Notes under the pieces: model-generated
The model's input: the letters and a program-made list of their open reading frames with translations, nothing else
Told to the model about the DNA's origin: nothing
The model's database searches: none
In this document: piece by piece, positions 53,533 to 63,914 of the stretch
How the letters are laid out: every line of letters starts with the position of its first letter
Numbering within the stretch: the stretch's first letter is position 1
Origin: an uncultured Rhodobacteraceae bacterium
Lineage (GTDB): Bacteria > Pseudomonadota > Alphaproteobacteria > Rhodobacterales > Rhodobacteraceae
DNA length: 64,000 nt
Direction of reading: 5' to 3'
Assembly (NCBI GenBank): GCA_947501355.1
Contig: CANMVA010000001.1
Span: 1,695,492-1,759,491 of the forward strand
Translations under genes and position numbers: made by a program

Positions 53533-54888
53533 ATGAAGACGTATCTGTTGGCCGGTGTGGCCGCAGCTGCCTTGACGGCTGGAACCGCGCAGGGTGCGGG
53601 CCATCTGCCCTTCGCCCCCGGTGACGGGGATTTCAACTGGGACAGCTTCACCGCCTTTGCGGACGCCAATGACTTTTCTGGCGAAGAGATCACGGTGACC
53701 GGCCCATGGACGGGTGCGGACGCAGAGCTGGTGAACTCGGTCATGGCGTATTTCTCGGAAGCGACAGGTGCGACGGTAAACTACTCCGGCTCTGACAGCT
53801 TCGAGCAGGATATTATGATTTCCGCACAGGCCGGGTCTGCCCCAAACGTGGCCGTCTTCCCGCAGCCAGGTCTGGCCTCTGACATGGCGGGCCGTGGCTT
53901 CCTCTCCCCGCTGGGCGATGAAACCGCCGCTTGGGTGCGTGACAACTACGCTGCCGGTCAATCCTGGGTTGATCTGGGCACCTATGCCAATGCAGACGGC
54001 GCGGATGAGCTTTTCGGCTTTTTCTACAAAGTCGATGTGAAATCGCTGGTCTGGTACATCCCCGAAGCCTTTGACGAGGCAGGCTATGACATTCCAGAAA
54101 CCATGGAAGAGCTTAAAGCGCTCACCGATCAGATCGTCGAAGACGGCGGCACCCCGTGGTGCATCGGTCTGGGGTCCGGCGCGGCCACCGGTTGGCCCGC
54201 AACCGACTGGGTCGAGGATATGATGCTGCGCACGCAGGAACCGGCGGTCTATGACCAATGGGTCGCCAATGAACTGCCCTTCAACGATCCCGCAGTCGTC
54301 GCCGCGATCGAAGAGTTCGGCTATTTCGCGCTCAACGACGCCTACGTTGACGGTGGCGCTCAAGCGGTTGCCAATACCGACTTCCGCGAAAGCCCCACGG
54401 GTCTCTTCGATATCCCGCCGAAATGCTACATGCACCGTCAGGCGTCCTTCATCCCGACCTTCTTCCCCGAAGGCACCGAAGTGGGTGAGGATGTCGATTT
54501 CTTCTACTTCCCCGCCTATGCTGAAAAGGACCTTGGCAAGCCGGTTCTGGGCGCTGGCACGCTCTTTGCGATCACCAATGACAGCCCTGCCGCACGCGGC
54601 CTGATGGAGTTCATCAAGACCCCCATCGCCCACGAGGTCTGGATGGCGCAGTCGGGCTTCCTGACACCGCATACTGGCGTGAACACCGACATGTATGCCA
54701 ACGACACGCTCAAAGCATTGGGTGACGTTCTGCTGGGGGCCACAACCTTCCGCTTTGACGCCTCCGACTTGATGCCGGGCGAGATTGGCGCAGGCGCGTT
54801 CTGGACCGGCATGGTGGATTACACCACCGGCGCGGATGCGGCTGAAGTGGCCGCAGGCATTCAGGAACGCTGGGACGCGATCCAGTAA
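53533..54888 (+). CDS. aglE: sugar ABC transporter substrate-binding protein (alpha-glucoside type)
   Basis: GGAGGA precedes ATG 53533. Signal peptide MKTYLLAGVAAAALTAGTAQG. The gene order matches Sinorhizobium aglEFGAK. Confidence 0.85.
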   Translation: MKTYLLAGVAAAALTAGTAQGAGHLPFAPGDGDFNWDSFTAFADANDFSGEEITVTGPWTGADAELVNSVMAYFSEATGATVNYSGSDSFEQDIMISAQAGSAPNVAVFPQPGLASDMAGRGFLSPLGDETAAWVRDNYAAGQSWVDLGTYANADGADELFGFFYKVDVKSLVWYIPEAFDEAGYDIPETMEELKALTDQIVEDGGTPWCIGLGSGAATGWPATDWVEDMMLRTQEPAVYDQWVANELPFNDPAVVAAIEEFGYFALNDAYVDGGAQAVANTDFRESPTGLFDIPPKCYMHRQASFIPTFFPEGTEVGEDVDFFYFPAYAEKDLGKPVLGAGTLFAITNDSPAARGLMEFIKTPIAHEVWMAQSGFLTPHTGVNTDMYANDTLKALGDVLLGATTFRFDASDLMPGEIGAGAFWTGMVDYTTGADAAEVAAGIQERWDAIQ

Positions 54889-55007
54889 CGAGACGACACA
54901 AGCCGCTTTGTGGCGGCTTGCGACCAAGGCCCCGCGCAGACCCACTCACCTGCGCGGGGCCAATGCCCAAAACAACGCTGGCCAAACAGCTTTAGGGGGG
55001 AACCACC

Positions 55008-55985
55008 ATGTCACCACTTATCCAAGGTGTCTTGACGATCATCATCGGCGTTGGCGGCTGCATCGGCTATTTCTTCGCCTCCAACCTGATCCTCGACAAG
55101 GTGATCTTCCCGCCCAAAGGGGCCAATCCGGGCCGCAATATCAACCGCGCAAACATGGTGCGCCCGTGGCTTTTCCTGCTGCCCGCAATCCTCGCGCTGG
55201 GGCTTTATCTCGTCTACCCGGTGATCGGTTCGTTCTGGCGCTCGCTCTTCAATCGGGCAGGGGACGAGTTCATCGGGCTGGGCAACTACATCACCATGTT
55301 TGGCGATGATCAGTTCCGCATCTCGCTTTTCAACAACTTCCTCTGGGTGCTTGTGGTGCCTGCCGCTGCCACGTTCTTTGGCCTGCTGGTCGCGCAACTG
55401 ACGGACCGGATGAAATGGGGCAACATCGCCAAGTCGCTGATCTTCATGCCTATGGCGATCTCCTTCGTGGGCGCATCGCTGATCTGGAAATTCGTCTACG
55501 CCAACAACCCCGATATCGGGATGATCAATGCGGTCCGCGATTTCCTTGGTATGGGGCCGGTGGACGTGCTGCAAATCCCGTTCTGGAACAACTTCTTCCT
55601 GATGGTGATCCTAATCTGGATCCAGACTGGTTTCGCGATGGTGATCCTCTCCGCCGCCCTCCGCGGCATCCCCGAAGAAACGGTCGAGGCCGCGATCATC
55701 GACGGGGCCAACCCGTTCCAGATCTTCTTCAAGATCAAAGTGCCACAGATCATGGGCACGATTGTCGTGGTCTGGACCACGATTACCATTCTGGTCCTGA
55801 AGGTCTTCGATATCGTCTATACGATGACGGGCGGCAATTTCGGCACCGAAATTCTGCCCAGCTACATGATGTCATACATGTTCCGCGATGATGGGCGCGC
55901 CACGGCTGTGGCCTTTGTCATTATGCTGATCGTGCTGCCGGTGATGATCTGGAACATCGCGCAAGCGCGCAAAGAAATGCGCTGA
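55008..55985 (+). CDS. aglF: sugar ABC transporter permease
   Basis: MalF-type permease with the EAA loop (EAAIIDGANPFQIFFKIKVPQ). Confidence 0.88.
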   Translation: MSPLIQGVLTIIIGVGGCIGYFFASNLILDKVIFPPKGANPGRNINRANMVRPWLFLLPAILALGLYLVYPVIGSFWRSLFNRAGDEFIGLGNYITMFGDDQFRISLFNNFLWVLVVPAAATFFGLLVAQLTDRMKWGNIAKSLIFMPMAISFVGASLIWKFVYANNPDIGMINAVRDFLGMGPVDVLQIPFWNNFFLMVILIWIQTGFAMVILSAALRGIPEETVEAAIIDGANPFQIFFKIKVPQIMGTIVVVWTTITILVLKVFDIVYTMTGGNFGTEILPSYMMSYMFRDDGRATAVAFVIMLIVLPVMIWNIAQARKEMR

Positions 55986-55996
55986 GGAGGGGACCC

Positions 55997-57148
55997 ATGG
56001 ATAATATCGCTGGAACCAAAACGAGCCTCTCCTGGGTGATGAACATCACCGTCGTGGTGCTGGTCCTTCTGTGGCTGATCCCGACGATTGGCCTCCTGGT
56101 GTCGTCCTTCCGGGACCGCGATCAGATTTCGGCCAGCGGCTGGTGGCTGTCGCCCTTCCCAGTGGAGCAGAACTTCTCCACCCGTGCATCCGGTGACAAT
56201 GCTGTCCAGCAAGGCGATCTCTTTGTGATCGAAGGCAATGTCTATGACGACGAAGAAATGGCCGAAACCTTTGGCGGTGAAACCCCGCCTATCGCAGCCT
56301 TCGGCGGCACACGCGCTGCCCCCACAGCGTTTCAACCCGGCGATGTTGCTGAACTGAGCCGCGACCGCACCCTGTCGGTGCTAGAGGATGGCAGTTATAC
56401 CTTCACGTCGCCAGCAGAGTTCAGCCGCGATCCGCGCATCTACTTCGCCTCGGAAACGCCCCCGGAGTTCAGCCTCGACAACTACGACACCGTCCTGACT
56501 TCCGACAATATGGACGTGGCCTTTATCAACACGTTGACGGTGACGATCCCGGCAACAGTGATCCCGATCCTGATCGCGGCCTTTGCGGCCTATGCGCTGG
56601 CCTGGATGGATTTCCCGGGCAGGGGGCTCTTGATCGCCGCTGTCGTGGGCTTGCTGGTCGTGCCACTTCAACTGGCGCTTGTCCCGCTGTTGAACCTGCA
56701 CAACCAAGTGGGCATCGGGCAAAGCTTTGTCGGCATCTGGCTCGCGCATACGGGCTTCGGGCTACCGCTCGCCATATATCTCTTGCGCAACTACATGGTC
56801 GGCCTGCCGCGCGACATCATCGAATCCGCAAAAGTCGATGGCGCGACAGACTTCCAAGTCTTCGTCAAAATCGTCTTGCCGCTCAGCTTTCCGGCACTCG
56901 CCTCCTTCGCGATCTTCCAGTTCCTGTGGACCTGGAACGACCTGCTCGTCGCCAAGGTCTTCCTGCCTTCTGACGACGCCTCCAAGGTGATGACCGTTAA
57001 GATCGCAGACGATCTTCTGGGCTCGCGCGGGGGCGATTGGGGCATCCTTGCGACGGCGGCGTTTGTCTCCATCGCGGTGCCGCTCGTCGTCTTCTTCACA
57101 ATGCAACGCTACCTCGTGCGCGGCCTTCTGGCCGGCTCTGTCAAATAA
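55997..57148 (+). CDS. aglG: sugar ABC transporter permease
   Basis: MalG-type permease with the EAA loop (ESAKVDGATDFQVFVKIVLP) and a large periplasmic loop. Confidence 0.88.
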   Translation: MDNIAGTKTSLSWVMNITVVVLVLLWLIPTIGLLVSSFRDRDQISASGWWLSPFPVEQNFSTRASGDNAVQQGDLFVIEGNVYDDEEMAETFGGETPPIAAFGGTRAAPTAFQPGDVAELSRDRTLSVLEDGSYTFTSPAEFSRDPRIYFASETPPEFSLDNYDTVLTSDNMDVAFINTLTVTIPATVIPILIAAFAAYALAWMDFPGRGLLIAAVVGLLVVPLQLALVPLLNLHNQVGIGQSFVGIWLAHTGFGLPLAIYLLRNYMVGLPRDIIESAKVDGATDFQVFVKIVLPLSFPALASFAIFQFLWTWNDLLVAKVFLPSDDASKVMTVKIADDLLGSRGGDWGILATAAFVSIAVPLVVFFTMQRYLVRGLLAGSVK

Positions 57149-57153
57149 GGCTT

Positions 57154-58812
57154 ATGATGAACGCAGTCGCAGATATGCAGACCCTCAAGGGTCTTGAGAC
57201 CGACACGGATTGGTGGCGCGGTGCCGTGATCTATCAGATCTACCCGCGCAGCTTTCAAGACAGCAATGGCGACGGCATCGGCGACCTGCTGGGTATCGTC
57301 CAGAGGCTGCCCTATATCGCGTCGCTCGGCGTCGATGCGATCTGGATTTCGCCGTTCTTCACCTCGCCTATGAAAGACTTCGGCTATGACGTCAGCGATT
57401 ACTGCGATGTCGACCCGATGTTCGGCTCGCTTGCGGATTTCGACGCGCTGATCGACACCGCCCATCAGCTTGGCGTGCGGGTGATGATTGATCTGGTCCT
57501 CAGCCACACTTCAGACCAGCACCCCTGGTTTGCGGAAAGCCGTTCCAGCCGCGACAACGCCAGATCAGACTGGTATGTCTGGGCCGATCCGAAGCCCGAC
57601 GGCACGCCCCCAAACAACTGGCTGTCGATTTTCGGCGGCCCCGCGTGGCACTGGGATGCGCGGCGCGAGCAGTATTACCTGCACAATTTTCTGACGTCGC
57701 AGCCAGACCTGAACTTCCACTGCGACGCGGTGCAAACAGCCCTTCTGGACGTGACCCGCTTCTGGCTGGACCGTGGCGTGGACGGGTTCCGGCTCGACAC
57801 GATCAACTTCTATTTCGCCGATGCCGAGCTGCGCGATAACCCCGCGCTGCCGCCCGAAGAGCGGAACGCCAACATCGCCCCCTCGGTGAACCCCTACAAT
57901 CACCAGCGTCACCTCTATTCCAAGAACCAGCCCGAGAACCTTGCCTTCCTCAAACGCTTCCGTGCGCTGCTAGAGGAATATCCCGGCGCCGCTGCCGTGG
58001 GCGAGGTGGGCGATGCGCAATTCGGTCTGGAACTGCTGGGCCAATACACCAAAGGCGAGGACGGCGTGCAGATGTGCTACGCCTTTGAATTCCTCGCCAA
58101 AGACAAGCTCACCGCCACCCGTATTGCCGAGGTGATGGACAAGCTCGACGCCGTTGCAGGCGAAGGCTGGGCGTGTTGGGCCTTCTCCAACCACGACGTT
58201 ATGCGCCACACGTCCCGCTGGAATCTGACGCCTGCGGCCACGCGCTGCTTGGCAACACTGATCCTCACCTTGCGCGGCTCCGTTTGCCTCTACCAAGGCG
58301 AAGAGCTGGGCTTTCACGAGGCCGACGTCCCGTTTGAGGACCTGCAAGACCCCTACGGCATCGAGTTTTGGCCCGAATTCAAAGGCCGCGACGGCTGCCG
58401 CACGCCCATGGTCTGGGAGCCCAGCAACCAAAACGGGGGCTTTACCGCCGGCAACCCGTGGCTGCCCGTCAGCCATGAACACCTGCAAAGCTCGGTCGCT
58501 TCCCAAGAGGACGACCCCGCAGCGCTTTTGCACCATTACCGCCGCGCCATCGCGTTCCGGCGTGCGCATCCGGCGCTGTCCAAAGGGGCGCATGAGGATG
58601 TGCGCGCCGAAGGCGATATCATCCGCTTCACGCGCATCCATGAAGGCCAGACGATCTTCTGCGCCTTCAATCTCAGCGACACGCCAAGCACCTGCGCACT
58701 GCCCGAGGGGAACTGGATCCCCATCGGGGCCGAGCTGGGCAGCGCCGGACCAATGGCGGATGGCAAAATGCACTTGGGCCCGTGGCAACCTTGCCTCGCG
58801 CTCAAGCAATAA
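57154..58812 (+). CDS. aglA: GH13 alpha-glucosidase
   Basis: WWRGAVIYQIYPRSFQDSNGDGIGDL, GFRLDTINF, GEVGD and FSNHD, the GH13 conserved regions. Start at ATG 57154. Confidence 0.92.
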   Translation: MMNAVADMQTLKGLETDTDWWRGAVIYQIYPRSFQDSNGDGIGDLLGIVQRLPYIASLGVDAIWISPFFTSPMKDFGYDVSDYCDVDPMFGSLADFDALIDTAHQLGVRVMIDLVLSHTSDQHPWFAESRSSRDNARSDWYVWADPKPDGTPPNNWLSIFGGPAWHWDARREQYYLHNFLTSQPDLNFHCDAVQTALLDVTRFWLDRGVDGFRLDTINFYFADAELRDNPALPPEERNANIAPSVNPYNHQRHLYSKNQPENLAFLKRFRALLEEYPGAAAVGEVGDAQFGLELLGQYTKGEDGVQMCYAFEFLAKDKLTATRIAEVMDKLDAVAGEGWACWAFSNHDVMRHTSRWNLTPAATRCLATLILTLRGSVCLYQGEELGFHEADVPFEDLQDPYGIEFWPEFKGRDGCRTPMVWEPSNQNGGFTAGNPWLPVSHEHLQSSVASQEDDPAALLHHYRRAIAFRRAHPALSKGAHEDVRAEGDIIRFTRIHEGQTIFCAFNLSDTPSTCALPEGNWIPIGAELGSAGPMADGKMHLGPWQPCLALKQ

Positions 58813-58833
58813 AAATCACGGGAGGAGGGACCC

Positions 58834-59925
58834 ATGGCTGATCTCAAACTGACAGATGTCGCCAAGACCTATGGCGGCACGGTGGATGTTCTCAAGAACA
58901 TCAACCTCGATATAAAACAGGGTGAGCTGATCGTCTTCGTCGGCCCCTCGGGCTGCGGGAAATCCACACTGCTCCGCATGATCGCCGGGCTGGAAAAGAT
59001 CACCGGCGGCACGCTTGAGATTGACGGTGTGCGCATGAACGACATGCCGCCCGCGCAGCGCGGCATCGCCATGGTGTTCCAATCATACGCGCTTTATCCG
59101 CACATGACCGTGCGCGATAACATGGCCTTCGCGCTCAAACTGGCGAAGAAATCCCAGTCCGAGATTGATGCTGCCGTCGACCGCGCCGCCAAGGTGCTGC
59201 AACTGGACGAATATCTCGACCGTCTGCCCAAGGCACTGTCGGGCGGCCAACGCCAGCGCGTCGCCATCGGCCGCGCCATTGTGCGCGACCCTAAGGTGTA
59301 TCTCTTCGACGAACCGCTCTCCAATCTCGACGCCTCCCTCCGCGTCGCTACCCGGATCGAGATTGCACAGCTCAAAGAGGCGATGCCGGAAAGCACAATG
59401 ATCTACGTGACCCACGATCAGGTTGAGGCAATGACACTTGCCTCCCGCATCGTGGTGCTGGCCAATAAGGGGATTGCTCAGGTCGGCAGCCCGCTTGAGC
59501 TATATGAGCGCCCCGAGAACGAATTCGTCGCGCAATTCATCGGCTCGCCTTCCATGAACCTTCTGCCGGGCGTGATCGAGAAGACGGGCAAGCAGACAAC
59601 GGTCAAGCTGGACGGTGGAGGCACTGCCGTCTCCGCCGTGCCGACGCAGACGGCTGACAAAGGTATGAAGGTCAATATCGGCGTGCGCCCCGAAGACCTG
59701 ATCGAAACGACGGGCGATTACCTTTACGAAGGCAAGGTGAACATCACCGAAGCCCTGGGCGAAGTCACGATCCTCTACTTTGCCCCCGAGGCGAAGGGCG
59801 TCGATCCGGTGATCGGCAAGCTGCCGGGTATCCACGGTGATCTGCGCGGTAATCTGGTCAAACTCAATGCGCCCGCTGATAAAATCCAGATCTTCCATGA
59901 AGGGAAATCGCTTTTGTACCGTTAA
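58834..59925 (+). CDS. aglK: sugar ABC transporter ATP-binding protein (MalK/UgpC type)
   Basis: Walker A GPSGCGKST, signature LSGGQRQR and Walker B LFDEPLS. Confidence 0.93.
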   Translation: MADLKLTDVAKTYGGTVDVLKNINLDIKQGELIVFVGPSGCGKSTLLRMIAGLEKITGGTLEIDGVRMNDMPPAQRGIAMVFQSYALYPHMTVRDNMAFALKLAKKSQSEIDAAVDRAAKVLQLDEYLDRLPKALSGGQRQRVAIGRAIVRDPKVYLFDEPLSNLDASLRVATRIEIAQLKEAMPESTMIYVTHDQVEAMTLASRIVVLANKGIAQVGSPLELYERPENEFVAQFIGSPSMNLLPGVIEKTGKQTTVKLDGGGTAVSAVPTQTADKGMKVNIGVRPEDLIETTGDYLYEGKVNITEALGEVTILYFAPEAKGVDPVIGKLPGIHGDLRGNLVKLNAPADKIQIFHEGKSLLYR

Positions 59926-59951
59926 GCGGTAGGCGTGTTCCTGAGTGCGGG

Positions 59952-59975
59952 GCCTCGCGGAAACGCGGGGCTTTT
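59952..59975 (+). terminator. rho-independent terminator after aglK
   Basis: GCCTCGCG-GAAA-CGCGGGGC followed by TTTT. The 8-bp stem has one G-U pair and a GNRA loop. Confidence 0.7.
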
Positions 59976-60081
59976 CGTATCTTAGGCGCTCACGACCCTG
60001 TGTTCGGCGTGAAATACGGATGACATCGAAGCGTGAGCCCATAGGCTCGCCACATCTGAGAGATTCCAAAGGACGCACGCC

Positions 60082-60618
60082 ATGCTGATGCCTCGCCAGA
60101 AAACCCCCGACCTGAGCCTTCGCACCCTCGATCACGGGGAGTTTGATCTTGCCACTGACGGCAGCGAACGCGGCACGGTGATCTGCTTTTACCGCGGGCT
60201 GCACTGCCCGATCTGCGCGACCTACCTGACCGAGTTTCAGAAACGTGTCGCTGACTTTGCAGAGCGCGGTGTGAAGACCATCGCGGTCAGCTCGGACGGG
60301 GAAGAACGCACCCGCGCAATGGCCGATAAGATCGGCGCAGACACGTTGCGCTTTGGCTATGATCTGCCTCTGGCAAAGGCCCGTGAATGGGGGCTCTATA
60401 TCTCGACCTCGCGGGGGACCACGTCCATCGGGATCGAAGAGCCTGCGCTTTTTTCCGAACCCGGCCTGTTCATGGTCACCCCCGAACAATCGCTCTACTA
60501 CGGCTCGGTGCAGACGATGCCGTTCGTGCGCCCGCATTTCAGCGAACTCGTCAGCGCCTTGGATTTCGCGATCAAGGCGAATTACCCGGCGCGGGGCGAA
60601 TATACAGGCGCGGTCTAG
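60082..60618 (+). CDS. peroxiredoxin-like (AhpC/TSA, redoxin-fold) protein
   Basis: VICFYRGLHCPICATYL (CxxC) and KTIAVSSDG. 178 aa. Confidence 0.8.
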   Translation: MLMPRQKTPDLSLRTLDHGEFDLATDGSERGTVICFYRGLHCPICATYLTEFQKRVADFAERGVKTIAVSSDGEERTRAMADKIGADTLRFGYDLPLAKAREWGLYISTSRGTTSIGIEEPALFSEPGLFMVTPEQSLYYGSVQTMPFVRPHFSELVSALDFAIKANYPARGEYTGAV

Positions 60619-60776
60619 TTCGCCAGTTGCTCCATCCCGCTGGGGCTCATGCCGAGAAACAAAAACGCCAGAGCCGCCACAGCCAGCGTGACGCCGATCC
60701 CGGCGTAGCGCATCCAGCCCTTGCCGAAAATGGCAAGGGCAAGCCCTGCGAGAAACAAAACGATCAAGATGGGCAT
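60615..60776 (-). CDS. 53-aa two-TM small membrane protein
   Basis: MPILIVLFLAGLALAIFGKGWMRYAGIGVTLAVAALAFLFLGMSPSGMEQLAN. An AAGGAG lies 6 nt upstream of the ATG. It is 41 nt downstream of dctM on the same strand. It appears in the ORF track only as the tail of a spurious 193-aa ORF. Confidence 0.55.
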   Translation of the reverse strand: MPILIVLFLAGLALAIFGKGWMRYAGIGVTLAVAALAFLFLGMSPSGMEQLAN

Positions 60777-60817
60777 GGGGTCTCCTTTAGCCTGCCTTTG
60801 ATCATATAGGGGCTTTG

Positions 60818-62218
60818 TTACGCCAGCGAAGGCAGCCACAGCACAATCATCGGGAAGGCTACCAGCAAGGCGATGGTGATGCCATCGGCGATGAAGAAGG
60901 GCGTCACGCCTTTGAAGACGTCCTGCACGCTTAAATCGTCCCGCACGCCGGCCACGACAAAGCAGTTGAGGCCAATGGGCGGTGTGATCAGGCAGAACTC
61001 GGCCATCTTCACCACCAGAATGCCGAACCAGATCGCGCACATCGGGCCGGACATGCCGAAGGCGGAATCGGCGGCCGAGACGAACTCGCCCCCGTTCAGC
61101 GCCATGACTGCGGGGTAGACGACAGGCAAGGTCAGCAACAGCATCCCGATTGCGTCCATGAACATGCCCAGCACCGCATAGGCCAGCAGGATGCACACAA
61201 GGATCAACATCGGTGACATCTCAAGCGAGGTGATCCAGTCAGAGAACGCGCCGGGCAGGTCGGCAAAGCCCAGAAAGCGCACATAGATCAGCACGCCCCA
61301 GATGATTGTGAAGATCATGACGGTCAGCTTGGCGGTCTCCAACAGAGCCGACTTCAGCTCTGGCCAGCGCATGCCACGGGCCAGCGCCACGCAAAAGACG
61401 ATGAATGCACCGATGGCGCCGCCCTCGGTGGGCGTGCCCCACGCATCGCCGCCGAACGGGTTGTAGACGAAGAGGATGATGATCAGCACGACCAGCACGA
61501 TGGGCAGTGCCGGGATCAGCGATGTAAAGCGCTGGCCCCATGTGAAGCCGCCCACCGGGGGGCCGAAATTCTTGAAGCTCAGCGCCATGCCGATGATCAG
61601 CAAGCCGTAGATGAAGGCCGAAAAGACGCCCGGAATAAAGCCCGCCAGCAGCAGCTTGCCCACATCCTGCTCCACGATGATCGCGTAGATCACAAGGATG
61701 GCTGAGGGCGGGATCAGCGAGGCAAGCGTGCCGCCAGCGGCCACAACCCCCGCCGCAAAGCGCTTGTCATAGCCGATCTTCAACATCTCCGGGATCGCGA
61801 TGCGCGCAAAAACCGCCGCCGTCGCGACCGACGCGCCGGAGACTGCCGCAAACCCAGCCGTCGCAAAAACCGTCGAGACGGCCAATCCGCCCGGCACCCA
61901 AGCAATCCAGCGCTTGGCCGCCTCAAACAAGGCCTGCGTGAGCTTGGCGTAATAGGCGAGATATCCGATCAGGATGAAGGTCGGGATCAGGCTCAACGCC
62001 TGAGACGCGACCTTCGAATGGGGCACTTGCCCGGCGGTCTTGGTGGCAACCGTCAAAGCCCACCAGAACTCATCCCCCGCAAGTCCCTTGCGCGCCCAAA
62101 AGATCCAGATCAGCCCGATCATGCCCGCCAAAGCTGCGGCGAAGGCCACACGCATGCCCAGCACGACCATGACCAGCAAACCGCCCGACACCCACAGGCC
62201 GATATCAATCGGGTCCAT
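60818..62218 (-). CDS. dctM: TRAP transporter large permease subunit
   Basis: 466-aa polytopic protein with a DctM-like sequence (GGTLASLIPPS, LTLPVVYP). Confidence 0.9.
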   Translation of the reverse strand: MDPIDIGLWVSGGLLVMVVLGMRVAFAAALAGMIGLIWIFWARKGLAGDEFWWALTVATKTAGQVPHSKVASQALSLIPTFILIGYLAYYAKLTQALFEAAKRWIAWVPGGLAVSTVFATAGFAAVSGASVATAAVFARIAIPEMLKIGYDKRFAAGVVAAGGTLASLIPPSAILVIYAIIVEQDVGKLLLAGFIPGVFSAFIYGLLIIGMALSFKNFGPPVGGFTWGQRFTSLIPALPIVLVVLIIILFVYNPFGGDAWGTPTEGGAIGAFIVFCVALARGMRWPELKSALLETAKLTVMIFTIIWGVLIYVRFLGFADLPGAFSDWITSLEMSPMLILVCILLAYAVLGMFMDAIGMLLLTLPVVYPAVMALNGGEFVSAADSAFGMSGPMCAIWFGILVVKMAEFCLITPPIGLNCFVVAGVRDDLSVQDVFKGVTPFFIADGITIALLVAFPMIVLWLPSLA

Positions 62219-62848
62219 CTAGTCGGCCCCTTGCATGGCGTCTGCTTCACGCGCGGCCTGTTCGGCAGCGCTTTCAATCAGCGGCACAGCGACCGGAGCT
62301 TCCAACCCCAGAACGATGGCACGTCCATAGGCGACCAGTTGCACCACCAGTCGCAAGCACAGCACCGCAAACGCGACAGGCGCCAGCAGCTTTGCAGGCC
62401 AGATCGGCAAGGCGATATCCATCGAACTGTCCCGGCTCCAGAGCGGGGCGGCGAAATCGAAGGAACGCTCGAAATGCGCCCAGGTGCCCCAGACCAGCAA
62501 CAGCATCAGGAGCAGCATGAAGAAGGCCGTGGTGAACTCCGCCAGCCACAAAGCACGGCCCTTCAACTGCCCCACCAGAATATCCATGCGGATATGCCCG
62601 CCCAAGCGCTGCGTATAGGCGACGCCCATGAATGCGATCAGCGGCATGGCCTGTTCGATCCAGTCCACATAGCCGGGCACCGGCTGGCCCAGAAAGTTGC
62701 GCCCGCCGACCGACACCACAGCCAGGATCATTAGCGCAAAGATTGCCAACCCGCTGAGCAGTGCAAAAAACGTCTCAAGTTTGAAGAGGGTGCGGTCGAG
62801 GCGGCTGAGTGTGGAGCCATCCTCAAGAACGCTTGCCGATCCGGCCAT
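62219..62848 (-). CDS. dctQ: TRAP transporter small permease subunit
   Basis: Four-TM protein immediately upstream of and abutting dctM (the stop and start are adjacent). Confidence 0.8.
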   Translation of the reverse strand: MAGSASVLEDGSTLSRLDRTLFKLETFFALLSGLAIFALMILAVVSVGGRNFLGQPVPGYVDWIEQAMPLIAFMGVAYTQRLGGHIRMDILVGQLKGRALWLAEFTTAFFMLLLMLLLVWGTWAHFERSFDFAAPLWSRDSSMDIALPIWPAKLLAPVAFAVLCLRLVVQLVAYGRAIVLGLEAPVAVPLIESAAEQAAREADAMQGAD

Positions 62849-62903
62849 CGCGATATCCTAGAAGTGAATGCCGCCCCGAGGAAGCCCGGGGCGGCAGAAC
62901 GGC

Positions 62904-63914
62904 TTACATGCCTTCGGCAACCATGCCGGTCACCAGATCATAAAGCTCCTGCGCTGGCAGACCGGCAGCCGTGTTGCTTTCGATCCAAGCGGCCGCTGCG
63001 GGGGCGGCGGCGGCTTCGCGGAAGGCCGCAATCTCGTCATCGGTGAAGGTCACTTGCGTGATGCCTTTTTCTTCCAGCAACGGACCCCAGGCGGCCATCG
63101 TCTGGTTCTCGTAATACTCGACATAGTGGTCCAGCGCCTCGTCGATAGAGCCCAAAAGCGCCTCGCGGTGCTCATCAGAAAGACTCTCCAATGCGTCGGT
63201 GTTGGCCACAACCGGGCAGTTCACTGTGCCGGGGTTTAGGTTTGTCGTCCAATAGGTCGCGTTCTCGACTGTGCCAAAGGACATATGGGCGTGGGGCGCA
63301 AAGCTGACCGCCTGCACGACACCGCTGTCGAGCGCCTGACGCACTTCGGTGGCTGACATCGACGTCGGCACAGCACCCACAGTTTCCATCGCAGCGCCAA
63401 TGCCGCCGGTGGCCCGCACGCTCATGCCTTCAAAATCGGCCAGCGTTGCAGGCGCATCGCCTACACCGACCAGATTATACTGGGGCAGGGGCGAGGGCAT
63501 CAGCAGCGTCGCGTTCCAGCGCGCCAGATCCGCCTGCACCGCAGGGTGAGCATACACGGCCTGCGAAATCTCGCGCTCTTGCGCCAGCGTGGTCACGCCA
63601 AGGAAAGGCAGTTCCAGCACGGTGATCGAGGGGTTTTTGTCGCGGTGATAGCCCGCGCAGAACTGCGCCATCTCGAACGCGCCGATGGATATCCCGTCGA
63701 GGTTTTCGCGGTTGTTGGACAGACCGCCATAGCTGATGTTCAGGGTGAACTCGCCACCGGTTTTCTGATCGACCAGTTCCGCCAGTTTCTCCACATGCTC
63801 AGTAAAGGCGCGCCGCTTACCCCAGAGCGAGACATTCCACTCTGTCGCAAGCGCTTCGCCTGCAAAGGAAATCGCGATGGCGGCAACGGCCGTTTGGCCC
63901 AATAGTTTTTTCAT
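62904..63914 (-). CDS. dctP: TRAP transporter substrate-binding protein (DctP family)
   Basis: Signal peptide MKKLLGQTAVAAIAISFAGEALA. 336 aa. Context with dctQM. Confidence 0.85.
   Translation of the reverse strand: MKKLLGQTAVAAIAISFAGEALATEWNVSLWGKRRAFTEHVEKLAELVDQKTGGEFTLNISYGGLSNNRENLDGISIGAFEMAQFCAGYHRDKNPSITVLELPFLGVTTLAQEREISQAVYAHPAVQADLARWNATLLMPSPLPQYNLVGVGDAPATLADFEGMSVRATGGIGAAMETVGAVPTSMSATEVRQALDSGVVQAVSFAPHAHMSFGTVENATYWTTNLNPGTVNCPVVANTDALESLSDEHREALLGSIDEALDHYVEYYENQTMAAWGPLLEEKGITQVTFTDDEIAAFREAAAAPAAAAWIESNTAAGLPAQELYDLVTGMVAEGM

Noticed and set aside
53434-54945. 503-aa minus-strand ORF opposite aglE. Similar long antisense ORFs occur at 33458..34600, 35738..36904, 46621..47622, 59500..60537, 41051..42013 and 20072..20734.
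   Set aside because: All lie antisense to genes with clear family signatures. All have Arg/Gly/His/Pro-rich compositions without motifs. These are GC-driven open frames, not genes.
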